Shown here piece after piece: positions 63,287 to 64,000 of a stretch of DNA of 64,000 nucleotides (the stretch's first letter is position 1; each line of letters begins with the position of its first letter). The DNA is from a bacterium (GTDB taxonomy: Bacteria; UBA10199; 2-02-FULL-50-16; JAJFLM01): the NCBI GenBank assembly GCA_965216315.1, contig CBDCFN010000016.1:512001-576000 (forward strand), given 5' to 3'. The notes under the pieces are model-generated. The model was not told the origin of the DNA, ran no database searches, and saw only the letters and a list, made by a program, of their open reading frames with translations. Made by a program: the position numbers and the translations under genes.

Positions 63287-63655
63287 CTATCGGGTATAGG
63301 TCTTAAATGTGCTATTAGGCATGACCCTCTTTTTGCCACTGAACTTCGCTTCAAGTTCTTTAATTTTGTAAAAAAGGAAGTGACTGAACGCTAATTGATA
63401 GTCAATGTCACTTTTTAATTCAAGGGCTTGCTTATCGGTTTGCTGAGCCCAGACAGTGAACTCTCTTTTTAGCTGGTCATCATTCTTGAATTTGTAGCCA
63501 GCCCAATTACCTAATGACGCGACTATATCTATCTGACCCGCTGGTGATCCATAGTAATAAGCGCGAATTGTGCTTGAGCTTAGAGTAATAGCTCCCAAGA
63601 CGAAGCCTCCGATGAATGTGACGGCTAGAACAAGTGATTTAAAACGAAATTGCAT
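63287..63655 (-). CDS. Hypothetical protein with N-terminal hydrophobic segment
   Basis: GAGGAGG RBS; 3 nt gap to the desaturase start. Confidence 0.65.
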   Translation of the reverse strand: MQFRFKSLVLAVTFIGGFVLGAITLSSSTIRAYYYGSPAGQIDIVASLGNWAGYKFKNDDQLKREFTVWAQQTDKQALELKSDIDYQLAFSHFLFYKIKELEAKFSGKKRVMPNSTFKTYTR

Positions 63656-63772
63656 GATTCCTCCTCAGCTAGATACAGATGGTGTTAAGTTGTGACTGTA
63701 GATTGTACCTGATCAGCCTGGCTCCAAGCGCCAATGCCGAATTGGCTGGCGTTGACGCGTTGTGGCATTAAA

Positions 63773-63801
63773 TTGACAGGGTGGCGGAGATAGGCTAGAA
63801 C
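63773..63801 (+). promoter_or_regulatory. Sigma70-type promoter candidate
   Basis: TTGACA-N17-TAGAAC, 9 nt before ATG 63811. Confidence 0.5.
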
Positions 63802-63810
63802 CGGCCGGTT

Positions 63811-64000
63811 ATGCCCAAGGGCCTCCGCCATAGAAGCGTGGTTTTCCTACTCTTTCTCGCCATTACGGGGGGCAATGCCTTGCCCTACGCCCATGCCTTT
63901 CAAGAGGCGACCAAGGTCCAGTTCAGCTGTCATTGCTGTGATCATGGTAAGGCTGACTGTGATCACTGTGCTCGTTTTGGTCACAAGCTGGACGAAAAGG
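63811..64000 (+). CDS. Exported Cys/His-rich protein, truncated by window end
   Basis: Hand translation MPKGLRHRSVVFLLFLAITGGNALPYAHAFQEATKVQFSCHCCDHGKADCDHCARFGHKLDEK..., no stop. Confidence 0.6.
   Translation, partial: MPKGLRHRSVVFLLFLAITGGNALPYAHAFQEATKVQFSCHCCDHGKADCDHCARFGHKLDEK

Overview
Bacterial chromosomal window, probably from a deltaproteobacterial-type lineage (inferred from protein style and gene order, not a database result). Bases 1-27.3 kb are an uninterrupted rpoB-rpoC-str-S10-spc-alpha cluster with no rpmD or infA; rpmJ was missed by the ORF track. The remaining ~37 kb is accessory. It holds a candidate Fur-regulated extracytosolic flavinylation/iron module (fur, His-motif membrane protein, shortened ApbE, beta-barrel, FMN-binding protein, ExbB/ExbD) and metH preceded by a SAM-II-like riboswitch. 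It also encodes a 2444-aa membrane-anchored coiled-coil protein ending in PP2C, FHA-like and divergent kinase domains, with a shorter paralogue and a beta-repeat protein beside it. A three-gene putative sphingolipid operon (Aur1/IPC-synthase-like PAP2, serine palmitoyltransferase, ceramide-synthase-like GNAT) lies divergent from bioB. A recurring GCAAC-N16/18-CGAT promoter-like motif precedes 6-7 accessory genes, and three palindromic intergenic repeats are present. No rRNA, tRNA, CRISPR array or transposase was recognised.
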